Assembly: GCA_039798785.1 (NCBI GenBank)
Contig: JBDKFG010000011.1
Coordinates: 1-64,000 of the forward strand
Direction of reading: 5' to 3'
DNA: 64,000 nucleotides
DNA from: Verrucomicrobiota bacterium
GTDB lineage: Bacteria; Verrucomicrobiota; Lentisphaeria; Lentisphaerales; Lentisphaeraceae
Numbering within the stretch: the first letter of the stretch is position 1; every line of letters starts with the position of its first letter. The position numbers and the translations under genes were made by a program. The notes beneath the pieces are model-generated. The model was not told the origin of the DNA. It saw nothing but the letters and a program-made list of their open reading frames with translations, and made no database searches. Shown one piece after another: positions 28,640-38,492 of this stretch.

Positions 28640-30094
28640 TCAACCTTTCATCACTTGCACGCCGCCGAACAGGCACGGAGGCGAGGCGTGGCCGACGGTG
28701 ACCACCTGATTGAACTCGCCTTTGCCGCAATTGCCGACGCCGAGTACGCGGAAGCTGTCGGCGTCGCCGACGGCCTTGAGTGAGCGCCAGAAGGAGGATG
28801 AGATGCCGCGGTAGGCGGGGTCGCGGACCACCGGTCCGAGCTTCCCGTCAATGATCAGGCGGCCGTGTTCGCAGCCGAATTGGAATTTATTGCGCGAGTC
28901 GTCGATTGACCACGAGCGGTTGCCGCTCATCACGACGCCTCTTTCGACCTGGGCGATCATGTCGGCGAAGGAGGTCTGGCCGGCTTCGAGGTTGACGTTG
29001 CCCATCCGGTCCATCGGCGGGCGGTTCCAGGTCTGGGCCCGCGAGTTGGCGGTGCCGCTGCGGCCGGCGCGGCTTTGCGAGACGATGCCGCCAAGGGGGT
29101 TCTTGAGCAGGCCCTTTTCGATCAGCATCACCTTTTCCGCCGGGCTGCCTTCGTCGTCAAAGGCGCAGGAAACCCCTTCTCCGGAGAGACCCGGATCGAA
29201 GCTGACGTTGAGCAGTTCCGATCCGTACTGGTATTGGCCGAACATGTCGAGACTGACGAAGCTGGTGCCGGCGTAGTTGCGTTCGTCGCCGAGGATGCGG
29301 TCGAGCTCGAGCGGATGGCCGATCGACTCATGGATCTGCAGGTGCATCTGGTCGGGCATCAGGATCAAATCCATCACTTCATCAGGGCAGGGCGACGCGG
29401 CGAGGAGCTCAAGCACTTCCATGACCAGTTGCGGCCCGCAGGATTCAAAGCCGCGCTGCGCCAGGATCTCGGCGCCGCCTTGGAGCAGGCAGGAGCCCGC
29501 TTGCCAGGAACGGGTCTGGCTCAAGCCGTCCTGGACCGCCGTCACCGAGGCCGAGGGATGGATGCGGCGGAAACGCTGGACGATGCGGCCACCGCGATTG
29601 GTGAGGGTCACTTGTTCGTAAAAGGACTGGCTGAGGGAGGCGCTGCGATCAGCGATGAGGGGCGATCCGGCGAGGCCGGCTTCGACCCGGCGGAGCAGAT
29701 CGACGCTGGCCTCGAGAGGCAGTTCGGCATCCAGGGAGGGGCCTTCATAGCTGCCGGAGGCGTGCGAGAAGGGGACTTTGCGAAAATCGCAGACGCTGCG
29801 GCCGGCGGCGAGCGAGGCGGCGCGGCGGGCGGCAGCAAGACCGCGCTCGAGAGCGGCCTCGCTGAACTCGGCGCTGGCGGCGTAGCCGATGCCGCAAGGG
29901 CCGTCGCCGCGACCCGCGGCGTCGGCGACCACGGTGAGCATCCAGCCGGCATCCTGACTGAGCTGCGGCGGCTCGACGTTGCCCCGCCGGACACTGACGC
30001 TGCGGCTGCGGCTGGCGAGGCGGCGGAGCGAAGCGTAAGGCAAGGAGACGCTGAGACGGAGGAAGGCGCTTTCGAAACGGGCGAAGTCGGTCAT
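28640..30094 (-). CDS. tldD: TldD/PmbA family metalloprotease
   Basis: 'IHESIGHPLELDR', 'DRMGNVNL', 'SWSIDDSRNKFQFG', 'NCGKGE'. Confidence 0.88.
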   Translation of the reverse strand: MTDFARFESAFLRLSVSLPYASLRRLASRSRSVSVRRGNVEPPQLSQDAGWMLTVVADAAGRGDGPCGIGYAASAEFSEAALERGLAAARRAASLAAGRSVCDFRKVPFSHASGSYEGPSLDAELPLEASVDLLRRVEAGLAGSPLIADRSASLSQSFYEQVTLTNRGGRIVQRFRRIHPSASVTAVQDGLSQTRSWQAGSCLLQGGAEILAQRGFESCGPQLVMEVLELLAASPCPDEVMDLILMPDQMHLQIHESIGHPLELDRILGDERNYAGTSFVSLDMFGQYQYGSELLNVSFDPGLSGEGVSCAFDDEGSPAEKVMLIEKGLLKNPLGGIVSQSRAGRSGTANSRAQTWNRPPMDRMGNVNLEAGQTSFADMIAQVERGVVMSGNRSWSIDDSRNKFQFGCEHGRLIIDGKLGPVVRDPAYRGISSSFWRSLKAVGDADSFRVLGVGNCGKGEFNQVVTVGHASPPCLFGGVQVMKG

Positions 30095-30573
30095 GGGGAA
30101 TCCTAGGATGGCGATGGGCGCAAGATAGGCGGATCCGAAGCTGGCGCTAGAGGAAAGAGCCGGATTTACTGCAGCGGCATTCCGAAGTTCCTTCAAGATC
30201 GAGCCCTTACATTGATGGGTGGAGTCGGCTCGCTTAAACTAAAAACCATATTTAGATGTCCATAAATTTATGAGCGCATCTTCTGCCACCCAAAAAAGTT
30301 GGCTTATAAATTGAGTATGGATCAATTTCAGCCCGGTCTCTGCGGGCGCTTCAGCCGAGAGCGACGAAGAGTCCCCACAAAACGCCCCGAATCCCTTAGG
30401 TCCGGCTGACCGAAGCGCCCACTCGCGTCTTCTGACTTGAAATGACAAGACGATGCAACAAAATCGTCAAGATTAACGCTCCCGGACAGCGAATCCGGGG
30501 GGCGTTTTTAGCGCGGCGAAGAGCTCACTGGCGTCAAAATCAAATTTCTCGGGGCGCAAATTCAATAGATACG

Positions 30574-30724
30574 TCATGCCTCGAGAGTCAAGAGTTCTAG
30601 GTTTGTAGCCCTGGCTTCAGCCGGTTGTTGAGCTCAAAAGCCGGGGACAGTAGAACGGGCCGGCTGAAGCCGGAGCTACAAACTTGAGCTCAAAATGCAG
30701 AACTCGTGACTCTCGAATCATGCC
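30574..30724. mobile_element. MITE-like element: 18-bp inverted repeats, flanking TCATGCC direct repeat, internal GTAG-REP doublet
   Basis: 30581-30598 vs 30699-30716 match at 17/18; GTTTGTAGCCCTGGCTTCAGCCGG (30601-30624) pairs with 30660-30683. Confidence 0.7.
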
Positions 30725-31125
30725 ATCTTAAATAGATACCTGTCCCCTTTTGCCTCCGGCCTGTCGAAGGCCATCGCGGCGTTGGCGAAGAGCTGTTTGC
30801 GCCACTGGATCTTGAGCTCTTCGTCGAGCTCGGACAGCGGCACGCCGTCTTTCAGCAGTCGAAGGACGGACCGTGATTGTTCGGCGGAAGTGAAGAACGG
30901 CGTTGACGGGGGAGCGAAGCAGGTGCATCTTGCCGGGGCTCCATGAGTGGACCTCCTATTGCGTTAAAATATAGCACGTTAACGCGATTCCATCTTGGCC
31001 CAAACAACGGCAACAAGTAAGGAATGGCAATTGATCAAGAGGGTCATGTCTTGACGCGGTGGAAGGCTTGGAACTTCACAGCAACAACAACCCTCAATCA
31101 AGCTCATTAACTGAGGCCTCCACCC

Positions 31126-31896
31126 ATGCTCACCCGCCTCGTCAACCGCGACTTCCTCACCGCCCTGCTTTGTTGGGGCGGTGGCGCTCTGGTCTGCGCT
31201 CTGGTGGCGTCGGTGCCCTTCCTGGATTTCATCATGAGCACCTTGAACACCCTGGTGCATGAGACTGGGCATGCGGCGGCGGGTTGGTGCTTCGGCTGCC
31301 CGGGGCTTCCCGCCTTCGACTTCACTTACGGCGGCGGCGTCACCCCCTGCCTCGAACAGGCGCCGGATTCGATCTGGCTCTACCGGCTGATCTTCCTCGG
31401 CGGCTTTGTCTTTTTCCTTTGGCGGCGCTGCTGGATTCTCGCCGGCTTGCTAGTGCCCTTGGCGATCCTGCATCATCTCGTCTTCAGCAATTACGACGCC
31501 CACCAGATCGCCATCGTCTATTTCGGCCATGGCGCCGTCGTCGTGGTCGCCGGCATCTTCCTTTGGCGCGGCCTCAGCGCCCGCGACACCGCCGGGCTCG
31601 CCGACCGCAGCCTGCACGCTTTCGCCGGCTTCCTTCTCCTCACCCACGACGCCAAGCTCTTCTGGGGCATCGCCCACGACCCGGAAATCCGCTCCTGGTA
31701 CGAAGAAGGGAAGGGCGACATCATGAACGACTTCGTCAAACTCAGCCTCGACCACCTGCCGCAATTGAGCCACCGGCGTTGGGATCTCGATGACCTCGCC
31801 GTCGCTCAGTTCACCCTCTGCTGCCTGACCCCCTTCCTCGTCCTGGCCTTCGAGACCCTGCGGCGGGCTTGGATTCTCTTCCAGGAGGAGGGCTAA
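31126..31896 (+). CDS. Membrane metallopeptidase, M50B-like
   Basis: HETGH motif, multiple TM segments, 'MNDF'. Confidence 0.75.
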   Translation: MLTRLVNRDFLTALLCWGGGALVCALVASVPFLDFIMSTLNTLVHETGHAAAGWCFGCPGLPAFDFTYGGGVTPCLEQAPDSIWLYRLIFLGGFVFFLWRRCWILAGLLVPLAILHHLVFSNYDAHQIAIVYFGHGAVVVVAGIFLWRGLSARDTAGLADRSLHAFAGFLLLTHDAKLFWGIAHDPEIRSWYEEGKGDIMNDFVKLSLDHLPQLSHRRWDLDDLAVAQFTLCCLTPFLVLAFETLRRAWILFQEEG

Positions 31897-31907
31897 ATCA
31901 GCTTCGA

Positions 31908-32177
31908 TCAGCTGCGCAGGAACATGACGAAGAAGCCGATGCCGGCGCAGCCGATCTGGGCATACATCATCTCGTCCGAACCCGTGCTGATACTCGCCTG
32001 CCCACCGGTGTTCTCGGAAAGGAAATTGATGAAGGCGGCCAACATCTTTGGAGCGAAGAAGCCGATGATGCCGCAAACCGTCCCGGAGATGAAGCCGAAA
32101 AGCTTGCTTACCGCCGCATCCTGCAATTTGTCGATGGGGGCCTTTTCAGACGCCCCGAGGCGTTTGCGCCAAGGCAT
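31908..32177 (-). CDS. Small membrane hypothetical protein
   Basis: RBS AGGAG; two hydrophobic segments. Confidence 0.55.
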   Translation of the reverse strand: MPWRKRLGASEKAPIDKLQDAAVSKLFGFISGTVCGIIGFFAPKMLAAFINFLSENTGGQASISTGSDEMMYAQIGCAGIGFFVMFLRS

Positions 32178-32376
32178 GGGTATTCTCCTGGAGGTTGACG
32201 CCGCTCACCCTAATCAAGATGCGGCAAGATGCAAACGGAAATGACCAGATGCGCTGACTCGCGTCGCGACCAAGGCAGCGGTAGCAAGGCAAAAGAAAGG
32301 GCGAGAAGGGAATTTATCGACACTTTCGGGATGGGTGGGGGATATTTTGCCGCGGGCGCAAGGACTCCTATTCAAG

Positions 32377-33045
32377 TCAATCCTTGGCTTGCGGGCGCTT
32401 AACCGCAATGAAGGACTCCGATGCAAAGACACCATAGCGTGCGCCTTTCACTTTGTCCGGATTGGCATAGACGAGACGGCAGCGCCCATGCCCGAGGTCT
32501 TGGATCTCAAACATCGCAGAAGCCAGCATTTCGGTGAGAACCGTAGCTGTAATGTGTTGGTCTTTTGGTCGATGTTTTTCCATCATTTTCTCGAATCGCT
32601 CCTTCAGTGACGGGGAGGATTCGATGGTGGCCGTGATGCCGCCGACGATTTCGTAAGTGGAATACACCTTGTAGATCAGGTGGTCTTTAGTAGAGCTCTC
32701 CAGGCGCAGAGAAAAATGGGGGGCCTCCTCGCGGATTTGGAGGTCGTTTTCAATGGAGAGGACTTTGAGGTGACTATCGAGATCTGTATCCTTCACCAAG
32801 GTGAGCAAGAACTCCATGACAACAAGCTTGGCTTCCGGACTGTCCTTGCTGAGCGTGAGGACTTCGCCGCTAGGCTTGGGAGAGACCTCCAGTTGATACT
32901 CTCCTTTGTCATCGATCCGAGGCTGGAGATCATAGCTGCGATTGAGGTAGAGGCTGCGGACTTGGAATTTTTCTTGAGGGGCCTGGAATTGGCCGCAAGA
33001 GAATAAATTGAGAGCCAGCAAGCAGTACAACTTCACCATCTTCAT
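32377..33045 (-). CDS. Hypothetical lipoprotein
   Basis: Lipobox-like 'LFSC'; purine-rich RBS. Confidence 0.6.
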   Translation of the reverse strand: MKMVKLYCLLALNLFSCGQFQAPQEKFQVRSLYLNRSYDLQPRIDDKGEYQLEVSPKPSGEVLTLSKDSPEAKLVVMEFLLTLVKDTDLDSHLKVLSIENDLQIREEAPHFSLRLESSTKDHLIYKVYSTYEIVGGITATIESSPSLKERFEKMMEKHRPKDQHITATVLTEMLASAMFEIQDLGHGRCRLVYANPDKVKGARYGVFASESFIAVKRPQAKD

Positions 33046-33125
33046 GTGGGGTCCTTTCCTGTTGCGTAAAACAGCATACGATGAGACGGAGGGAGATGCA
33101 AGGCATCCCAGCGCGGGCCAAACGA

Positions 33126-33158
33126 AAAATCGCGCCCGCCGTTTTGCGGCGGGCGCGG
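33126..33158 (-). terminator. Rho-independent terminator after pfp
   Basis: CGCGCCCGCCG stem followed by a T run on the minus strand. Confidence 0.75.
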
Positions 33159-33180
33159 TGGGCCTTGGTGGCGGCTGGGC

Positions 33181-34845
33181 TTAGCGGCCGAGCTGTTCGA
33201 GGCGGAGGGTGTGGGTGGTGGTGTCGCAGACTTCGGTGGGGCCGAAGTACTGGATCGGGCCGGGGAAGACGAAGGAGGTCTTCAGGCTCCATTCGCCGCG
33301 CTGGGCGACGAGGCGCTTGAAGGGGGCGCCGTCGAGTTCGACCAAGGCCTTGCGGATCACCGGCTTGTCGGCGCCGTGGCGGCGTTCGACGTTCATCATC
33401 GAGGTGAGGGGAACGCCGCCGGCGATCCACTGGGCGGCCGGCAGGGTGAGCTTGCGGACGCTGGAGAGGTAGGCGGTCTTGCCGGCGCCGAGGAGGGCGG
33501 CGGCGGTGTAGCCGAGCGAGTAGCAGTAGTCGGCGTCGAAGTTCGACGGTGCGGCGCAGCGGCCTTCGTAGCCGAAGAAGTGGTTCTGGTGCGAGAACTT
33601 GGCCTTCGACTGGCCGGCCTTCTTCTGTTCGGCGAGGCGGGCTTCGACCATGCCGATGAGGAGCTTCTCGGTCTCGATGCGCGAAACCTGGACGTTGCCG
33701 TGCGGGTCGCGGTCGGCGACGAGCTGCTCGCGGATGGCGGCGGGCAGCGAGAAGTAAAGGCTGGCGGAGGCGGCACTGAGGCCGAGCTTGGCGAGGGCGG
33801 CGGTGCCTTCGGCCTTGGCGAAGGCCTTGGGCAGGGCTTCGTCGGCGTGGGCGAGCAGGTCGTTGAGCTCGGAGATCAGGGTCTTCATCTCGGGGACGAA
33901 TTCGACCAGGCCTTCGGGGATGACGATGAGGCCGAAGTTTTCGCCTTTTTCAGCGCGGGCGTTGATCACCGAGCAGATGTCTTCGACGATCTGGCCGAGG
34001 GTCATCTTCTTGGCGGCGACTTCCTCCGAGATGAGAGTGATGTTGGCCTGGGTCTGGAGGCCGACTTCGAGGGCGATGTGCGAGGCGGAGCGGCCCATGA
34101 CCTTCATGAAGTGCCAGTATTTCTTGGCGGAGAGGGCGTCGCGGGCGATGTTGCCGACCAGTTCGGAGTAGACCTTGCAGGCGGTGTCGAAGCCGAAGGA
34201 GGCCTCGATGTATTCGTTCTTGAGGTCGCCGTCGATGGTCTTGGGGCAGCCGACGACTTGGATGCCGGCGTCGATCGACTTGTAGTATTCGGCAAGAACA
34301 CAGGCGTTGGTGTTGGAGTCGTCGCCGCCGATGACGACGAGGGCGCCGATGCCGAGGGCGCGCATGTTGGCGAGGCCCTTGTCGTACTGGGCCTTTTCTT
34401 CCAGCTTGGTGCGGCCGGAGCCGATGATGTCGAAGCCGCCGGTGTTGCGGTATTCGTTGATCACCGCGTCGGTGATTTCCATGTACTTGTTGTCGACCAG
34501 GCCGCCGGGGCCGCCGAGGAAGCCGAAGAGCTTGCAGCCGGGGTTGAGCGACTTGAGGCCGTCGAAGAGGCCGGCGACGACGTTGTGGCCGCCGGGGGCC
34601 TGGCCGCCGGAGAGGATGACGCCGACCGAGAGGGCGGGGAAGTTGGAGGCGGCGGGATCAGCCTTGAAGCTGAGGATGGGGGCGCCGTAGGTCTTGGGGA
34701 AGAGGGCGGCGATCTTGGCGGCGTCGGCGGCGGCGGTGGTGGGAGCACCGAGCTCGAATTGGACCTTGGCGCCCTTGGCGAAGCAGGCGGGGAGCTTAGG
34801 CTGGTAGGCGGCGCGGGCGATCTGCAGAGGTGACTTAACGGACAT
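33181..34845 (-). CDS. pfp: Pyrophosphate-dependent phosphofructokinase (long clade)
   Basis: 'SGGQAPGGHNV', 'GGDDSNTNA', 'PKTIDGDLK', 'MGRSASH', 'GPIQYFG'. Confidence 0.95.
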   Translation of the reverse strand: MSVKSPLQIARAAYQPKLPACFAKGAKVQFELGAPTTAAADAAKIAALFPKTYGAPILSFKADPAASNFPALSVGVILSGGQAPGGHNVVAGLFDGLKSLNPGCKLFGFLGGPGGLVDNKYMEITDAVINEYRNTGGFDIIGSGRTKLEEKAQYDKGLANMRALGIGALVVIGGDDSNTNACVLAEYYKSIDAGIQVVGCPKTIDGDLKNEYIEASFGFDTACKVYSELVGNIARDALSAKKYWHFMKVMGRSASHIALEVGLQTQANITLISEEVAAKKMTLGQIVEDICSVINARAEKGENFGLIVIPEGLVEFVPEMKTLISELNDLLAHADEALPKAFAKAEGTAALAKLGLSAASASLYFSLPAAIREQLVADRDPHGNVQVSRIETEKLLIGMVEARLAEQKKAGQSKAKFSHQNHFFGYEGRCAAPSNFDADYCYSLGYTAAALLGAGKTAYLSSVRKLTLPAAQWIAGGVPLTSMMNVERRHGADKPVIRKALVELDGAPFKRLVAQRGEWSLKTSFVFPGPIQYFGPTEVCDTTTHTLRLEQLGR

Positions 34846-34960
34846 GTCGATTCTCCTTGGGTGGGCTTGTCAGCCCCAAACCCTAGCCCGAAAATCGCAA
34901 ATGGGCAGGTCTGGTGACGGGGATGCCGGCATTCCGCAACACATTTCGCCGGCGGCCAAA

Positions 34961-35728
34961 TCAGAGCCAGCCGCGGCGCACTCCTTCGAAGAGGAAGACG
35001 GTGGCGGCCTGGGCGACGTTGAGGGATTCGGCGGCGCCGGGCATCGGGATGCTCACCCGTTTGCCGACGCTGAAGTCGCTGACTCCGCCGCCTTCTTCCC
35101 CGAAGACCAGCAGGCCGCCGCGGAGATCGAATTCCGGAGCGAAGCAGGAGACACCGTCGCGCGGCGTCGTCAGCCAGGCGGTGCGGCCGGCGCAATTCGG
35201 CAGGGCGGCCAAGTCCTTCAGGCTGTCGATCTTGCTGATCCGGAGGCGGAACTGCGCTCCCATGCCGGCCCGGACCGCCTTGGGATTGTAGGGATCGACG
35301 GTGCCTTCGGTGACGATGGCGTCGCGGAGGCCGCAAGCCCAGGCGGTGCGCAGGATGGTGCCGATGTTGCCGGGATCCTGGAGGCCGTCGAGGACGAGGG
35401 TGAAGGATCCAGAGAATTCCGGGCTGACGAAATCGGGGCGGCGGAGGACGACGAGGACTCCTTGGGGGTTCTCGGTGAGGGCGAGTTCCTTGAAGGCTGC
35501 GGCGGAGTCGCGGTAGACCGGCAGGCCCGGGGGGAAGGGCGGCAGGCGGGCCGGGTCGGCCTCGGCGTCGATCAAGGCGAAGTCGCACTGGCCCGGGAGG
35601 GCGGCGAGCGCCTCGGCGGCGCAGCGCTGTCCCTCGGCCGTGAAGAGGCCGCTCTTGCGGCGCCCCTGGCGTGTGCCCAGGGCGCGCAGGATCTTGCGTT
35701 TCGCTTCGCTAAGAGGGAGGGAGTCCAT
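34961..35728 (-). CDS. TrmH/SpoU family RNA methyltransferase
   Basis: 'LQDPGNIGTILRTA', 'FGEEGGG', 'IPMPGAAESLNVAQA'. Confidence 0.92.
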   Translation of the reverse strand: MDSLPLSEAKRKILRALGTRQGRRKSGLFTAEGQRCAAEALAALPGQCDFALIDAEADPARLPPFPPGLPVYRDSAAAFKELALTENPQGVLVVLRRPDFVSPEFSGSFTLVLDGLQDPGNIGTILRTAWACGLRDAIVTEGTVDPYNPKAVRAGMGAQFRLRISKIDSLKDLAALPNCAGRTAWLTTPRDGVSCFAPEFDLRGGLLVFGEEGGGVSDFSVGKRVSIPMPGAAESLNVAQAATVFLFEGVRRGWL

Positions 35729-35913
35729 GAAAATTGCGCTTCCGGGAAAATCGGTTTCTGGTGGCCGGGATCCTAGCCTCCCGAGAATCTTTTTCCAAGC
35801 CTTTGCAGAGCTTTTGGCATTATGTGAGTCTGGCGCTAATGTGGCGAGAACCTGCCGTCTCCGCCGGAGCCGGCACTCATTTGCCGAACGTCTTATTCAG
35901 GGAGCGACGGACC

Positions 35914-38355
35914 ATGATGATGAAGCGCCTTTCAGCCACTGCCCTTCTCGTGATCAGCGCCGCGGCATGCCGCAGCAACGACAAGGCGAGCACGGAAACT
36001 CCGGCCCAGCCCGAAGTGCCCTCCAGCTACCCCGCCAAAGTCGTCGACGTCCGCGAAATCGAATTCCTGACCCCGGCGGAACGCGACGCCCAGCTTGGCC
36101 TTGACTGGCGCAGCAACCGCGCCATCTCCCAGCATCTCACTCCCGACGTCCCGGTCGAGCTCGACATGAGCAGGAACCGCGAAATCGTTCTCAACTATGA
36201 AAAACAGTTCGCCCTCACCGTCAAGGCCGTCTCGGCTCGCGGCCAGGGCACCGTCTCGATCGGCTCGAAGTGGGCCAAGGTCGGCGACGTCATCGACTTC
36301 GAAGCCCTGGAAGACAGCGGCGCCCGCTTCACCGGTTGGGAAGGGGATGTCGAGGGCGAAGGCGTGAAGATCGACGGCAAGAAGATCTCGGTGAAGATGG
36401 ACCGCCCCCGCAACATCCGCGCGGTCTTCGCCGCGACCAAGGCCGACCTCTCCTTCGTCGGCGAATTCGGCGCCCCCAAGGGCGGCGGCATCTACGAACT
36501 CGGACAGGAAGTCGAGTGGAGCGTCACCTCCCCCTGGCCGGTGAGCGAAGGCGTCCAGATGGTCGCCGCCACTCCCTCAGGCAAGATCAAGCTCGACGCC
36601 GACGCCAAGGCCGACCCCGGCTGGAAGCGCCAGGTCCGCATCGCCGCCTCCAGCGCCAACATCGTCTCGGGTTCCACCCAAGGCAGCGACGGTTGGGTCG
36701 ACGCCGACAGCGAAATCTCCGTCAACGCCGTTCCCGCCGACGAGTCCTACGGCTTCATCAAATGGGAGGGCGTCCCCTCCGAGCTGGCCGCCCTCAATCC
36801 CCTCAAGATGAAAGCCGACAAGCCCCTCAGCCCGGTGGCCGTCTTCGAGAAACAGAAATTCCGCCTCGCCGTGCTCACCGAATTCGGCAAGGTCAGCGGC
36901 GACGGCCTGCATCCGAAAGACAAGCCCGCGACCTGGTCGGTCGAGAGCCCGGTCGAAATCGCCCCCGGCATCCGAAAAGTCGCCCGCAACGCCGGCGGCA
37001 CTGTGACCATGAACACCAACAAGACCTACCGCATCGACTGGGATACCGAAGTCCTCCTCGAGGTGATCAAGAAGACCGCCGCCAGCGAGACCGTCGTCCG
37101 CAGCGAATGGGTGCCGGTCGGCAAGATGATCAAGGGCATCAGCGTCGATCGCAGCAAGGAAGAGGCCGCTCCTCTTTGGGAAGGCAGCGTCGAACGCAGC
37201 CTGGCGCGTGAAGAGTCCCTCAACCTGAAGATGGACCGCCCCCGTCGCCTCGTCGCCAACTTCACCCCCGAGCCCAGCACCCTGCTCGCCACAGACAGCG
37301 CCGGCGCCGTCTTGGTCGAGAAAAAGACTTTCAAGCCCGAAGACGCCAAGGAAGTCATCCCCGGCACTCAGTACGTCAGCGCCGTCGAGCGCGGCGTCCT
37401 CGTCCGTAGCGAGCTCGAGAAGCAGCTAGACAAGGGCGACAAGATCGCCGCCAGCGAGAGGGACATCCTCGAAGGTCAGCCCGCCCGCATCGACACCGGC
37501 GTCGCCTTCGCCGGCTGGAAGAACTGCGTCCGCATGCGCAACGAATACGCCCAGCTGATCATCGCCCCCGATATCGGCCGCGTCGTCTACTTCGGCTCCC
37601 CCGACGACCGCAGCAACCTGCTCTGGCTCAATGAAGACCTGAAAGGCAAGACCTTCAGCCGCGACGACGCCGCCAAGGCCTACAACGATGTCGGCGGCTC
37701 GCGCGTGAACGTCGCCCCCGCCGAAGTCGTCCTGCCGCTGACCGGCAAGGCCTTCCCCCAGCCCTACGAGATCGACGGCTCGGCCTGCAAGGTCATCCTC
37801 GGCGCCAACAAGGTGGTCACCCAGACCTATCCCGAAAAAGCCGTCGGCTGTTTCGTCGAGCGTAGCTTCGTCCTGAAGAAGAACAAGCTCTACGTGCACA
37901 CCGCCTTGGTCGGCACCTCCGACCTGAAGCATGACTACTCGGTCGGCCCGCAGACCTTCACCCAGTTCATCCGGCCCCAGAAGGTCCTCTTCGGCCGCTC
38001 GGAAGACCGGGTCAACCACCCCGCCGGCTACGCCGTCCTGAAAGGCACCGCGCCTGAAATCGTCAAGGATGACGAAGGCCGCATGGCCTTCGCCTTCCCT
38101 GAGCAGGCCGCCAGCGAATGGCGCATCGGCACCTACTCGGACTACATCCAGATGGAATTCAAGGACTTCATCGTCACCGCCAAGGCCATCTACAAGAAGG
38201 GCGAAGAATTCAACGAGTCGAACACCAACCTGCAGCTCTACTGCCCCGAAAGCCCGGTCGACTGCGTCGAGATCGGCCAGACCGGCTCGCTCGCCAAGCT
38301 GTCGAAGGACTCCCAGACCACCTCCGAGATCGTCTGGATCCTGGAAAAGCGCTGA
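35914..38355 (+). CDS. Large lipoprotein with divergent InlB B-repeat-like modules and C-terminal DUF4380/mutarotase-like domain
   Basis: Lipobox 'AAAC'; 'FTGWEGD...VKMDRPRNIRAVF' repeats; 'GWKNCVRMRN...DIGRVVYFG...NLLW'. Confidence 0.75.
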   Translation: MMMKRLSATALLVISAAACRSNDKASTETPAQPEVPSSYPAKVVDVREIEFLTPAERDAQLGLDWRSNRAISQHLTPDVPVELDMSRNREIVLNYEKQFALTVKAVSARGQGTVSIGSKWAKVGDVIDFEALEDSGARFTGWEGDVEGEGVKIDGKKISVKMDRPRNIRAVFAATKADLSFVGEFGAPKGGGIYELGQEVEWSVTSPWPVSEGVQMVAATPSGKIKLDADAKADPGWKRQVRIAASSANIVSGSTQGSDGWVDADSEISVNAVPADESYGFIKWEGVPSELAALNPLKMKADKPLSPVAVFEKQKFRLAVLTEFGKVSGDGLHPKDKPATWSVESPVEIAPGIRKVARNAGGTVTMNTNKTYRIDWDTEVLLEVIKKTAASETVVRSEWVPVGKMIKGISVDRSKEEAAPLWEGSVERSLAREESLNLKMDRPRRLVANFTPEPSTLLATDSAGAVLVEKKTFKPEDAKEVIPGTQYVSAVERGVLVRSELEKQLDKGDKIAASERDILEGQPARIDTGVAFAGWKNCVRMRNEYAQLIIAPDIGRVVYFGSPDDRSNLLWLNEDLKGKTFSRDDAAKAYNDVGGSRVNVAPAEVVLPLTGKAFPQPYEIDGSACKVILGANKVVTQTYPEKAVGCFVERSFVLKKNKLYVHTALVGTSDLKHDYSVGPQTFTQFIRPQKVLFGRSEDRVNHPAGYAVLKGTAPEIVKDDEGRMAFAFPEQAASEWRIGTYSDYIQMEFKDFIVTAKAIYKKGEEFNESNTNLQLYCPESPVDCVEIGQTGSLAKLSKDSQTTSEIVWILEKR

Positions 38356-38370
38356 ACTTACCTGAAGCTC

Positions 38371-38401
38371 AAAAACCCCCGCCGGAAACGGCGGGGGTTT
38401 T
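38371..38401. terminator. Bidirectional rho-independent terminator
   Basis: AAAAACCCCCGCCG-GAAA-CGGCGGGGGTTTT between convergent genes. Confidence 0.9.
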
Positions 38402-38418
38402 GCGTTCAGTCTGCACCT

Positions 38419-38471
38419 GTCCGATCACTCCGATCACTCCGATCGGTAGGATCGGAGTGATCGGACCGATC
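38419..38471. repeat. Nonamer (CCGATCACT) tandem-repeat hairpin
   Basis: 38419-38435 is the perfect reverse complement of 38450-38466. Confidence 0.85.
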
Positions 38472-38492
38472 TTCATTTTCTTTCTCATCGCC

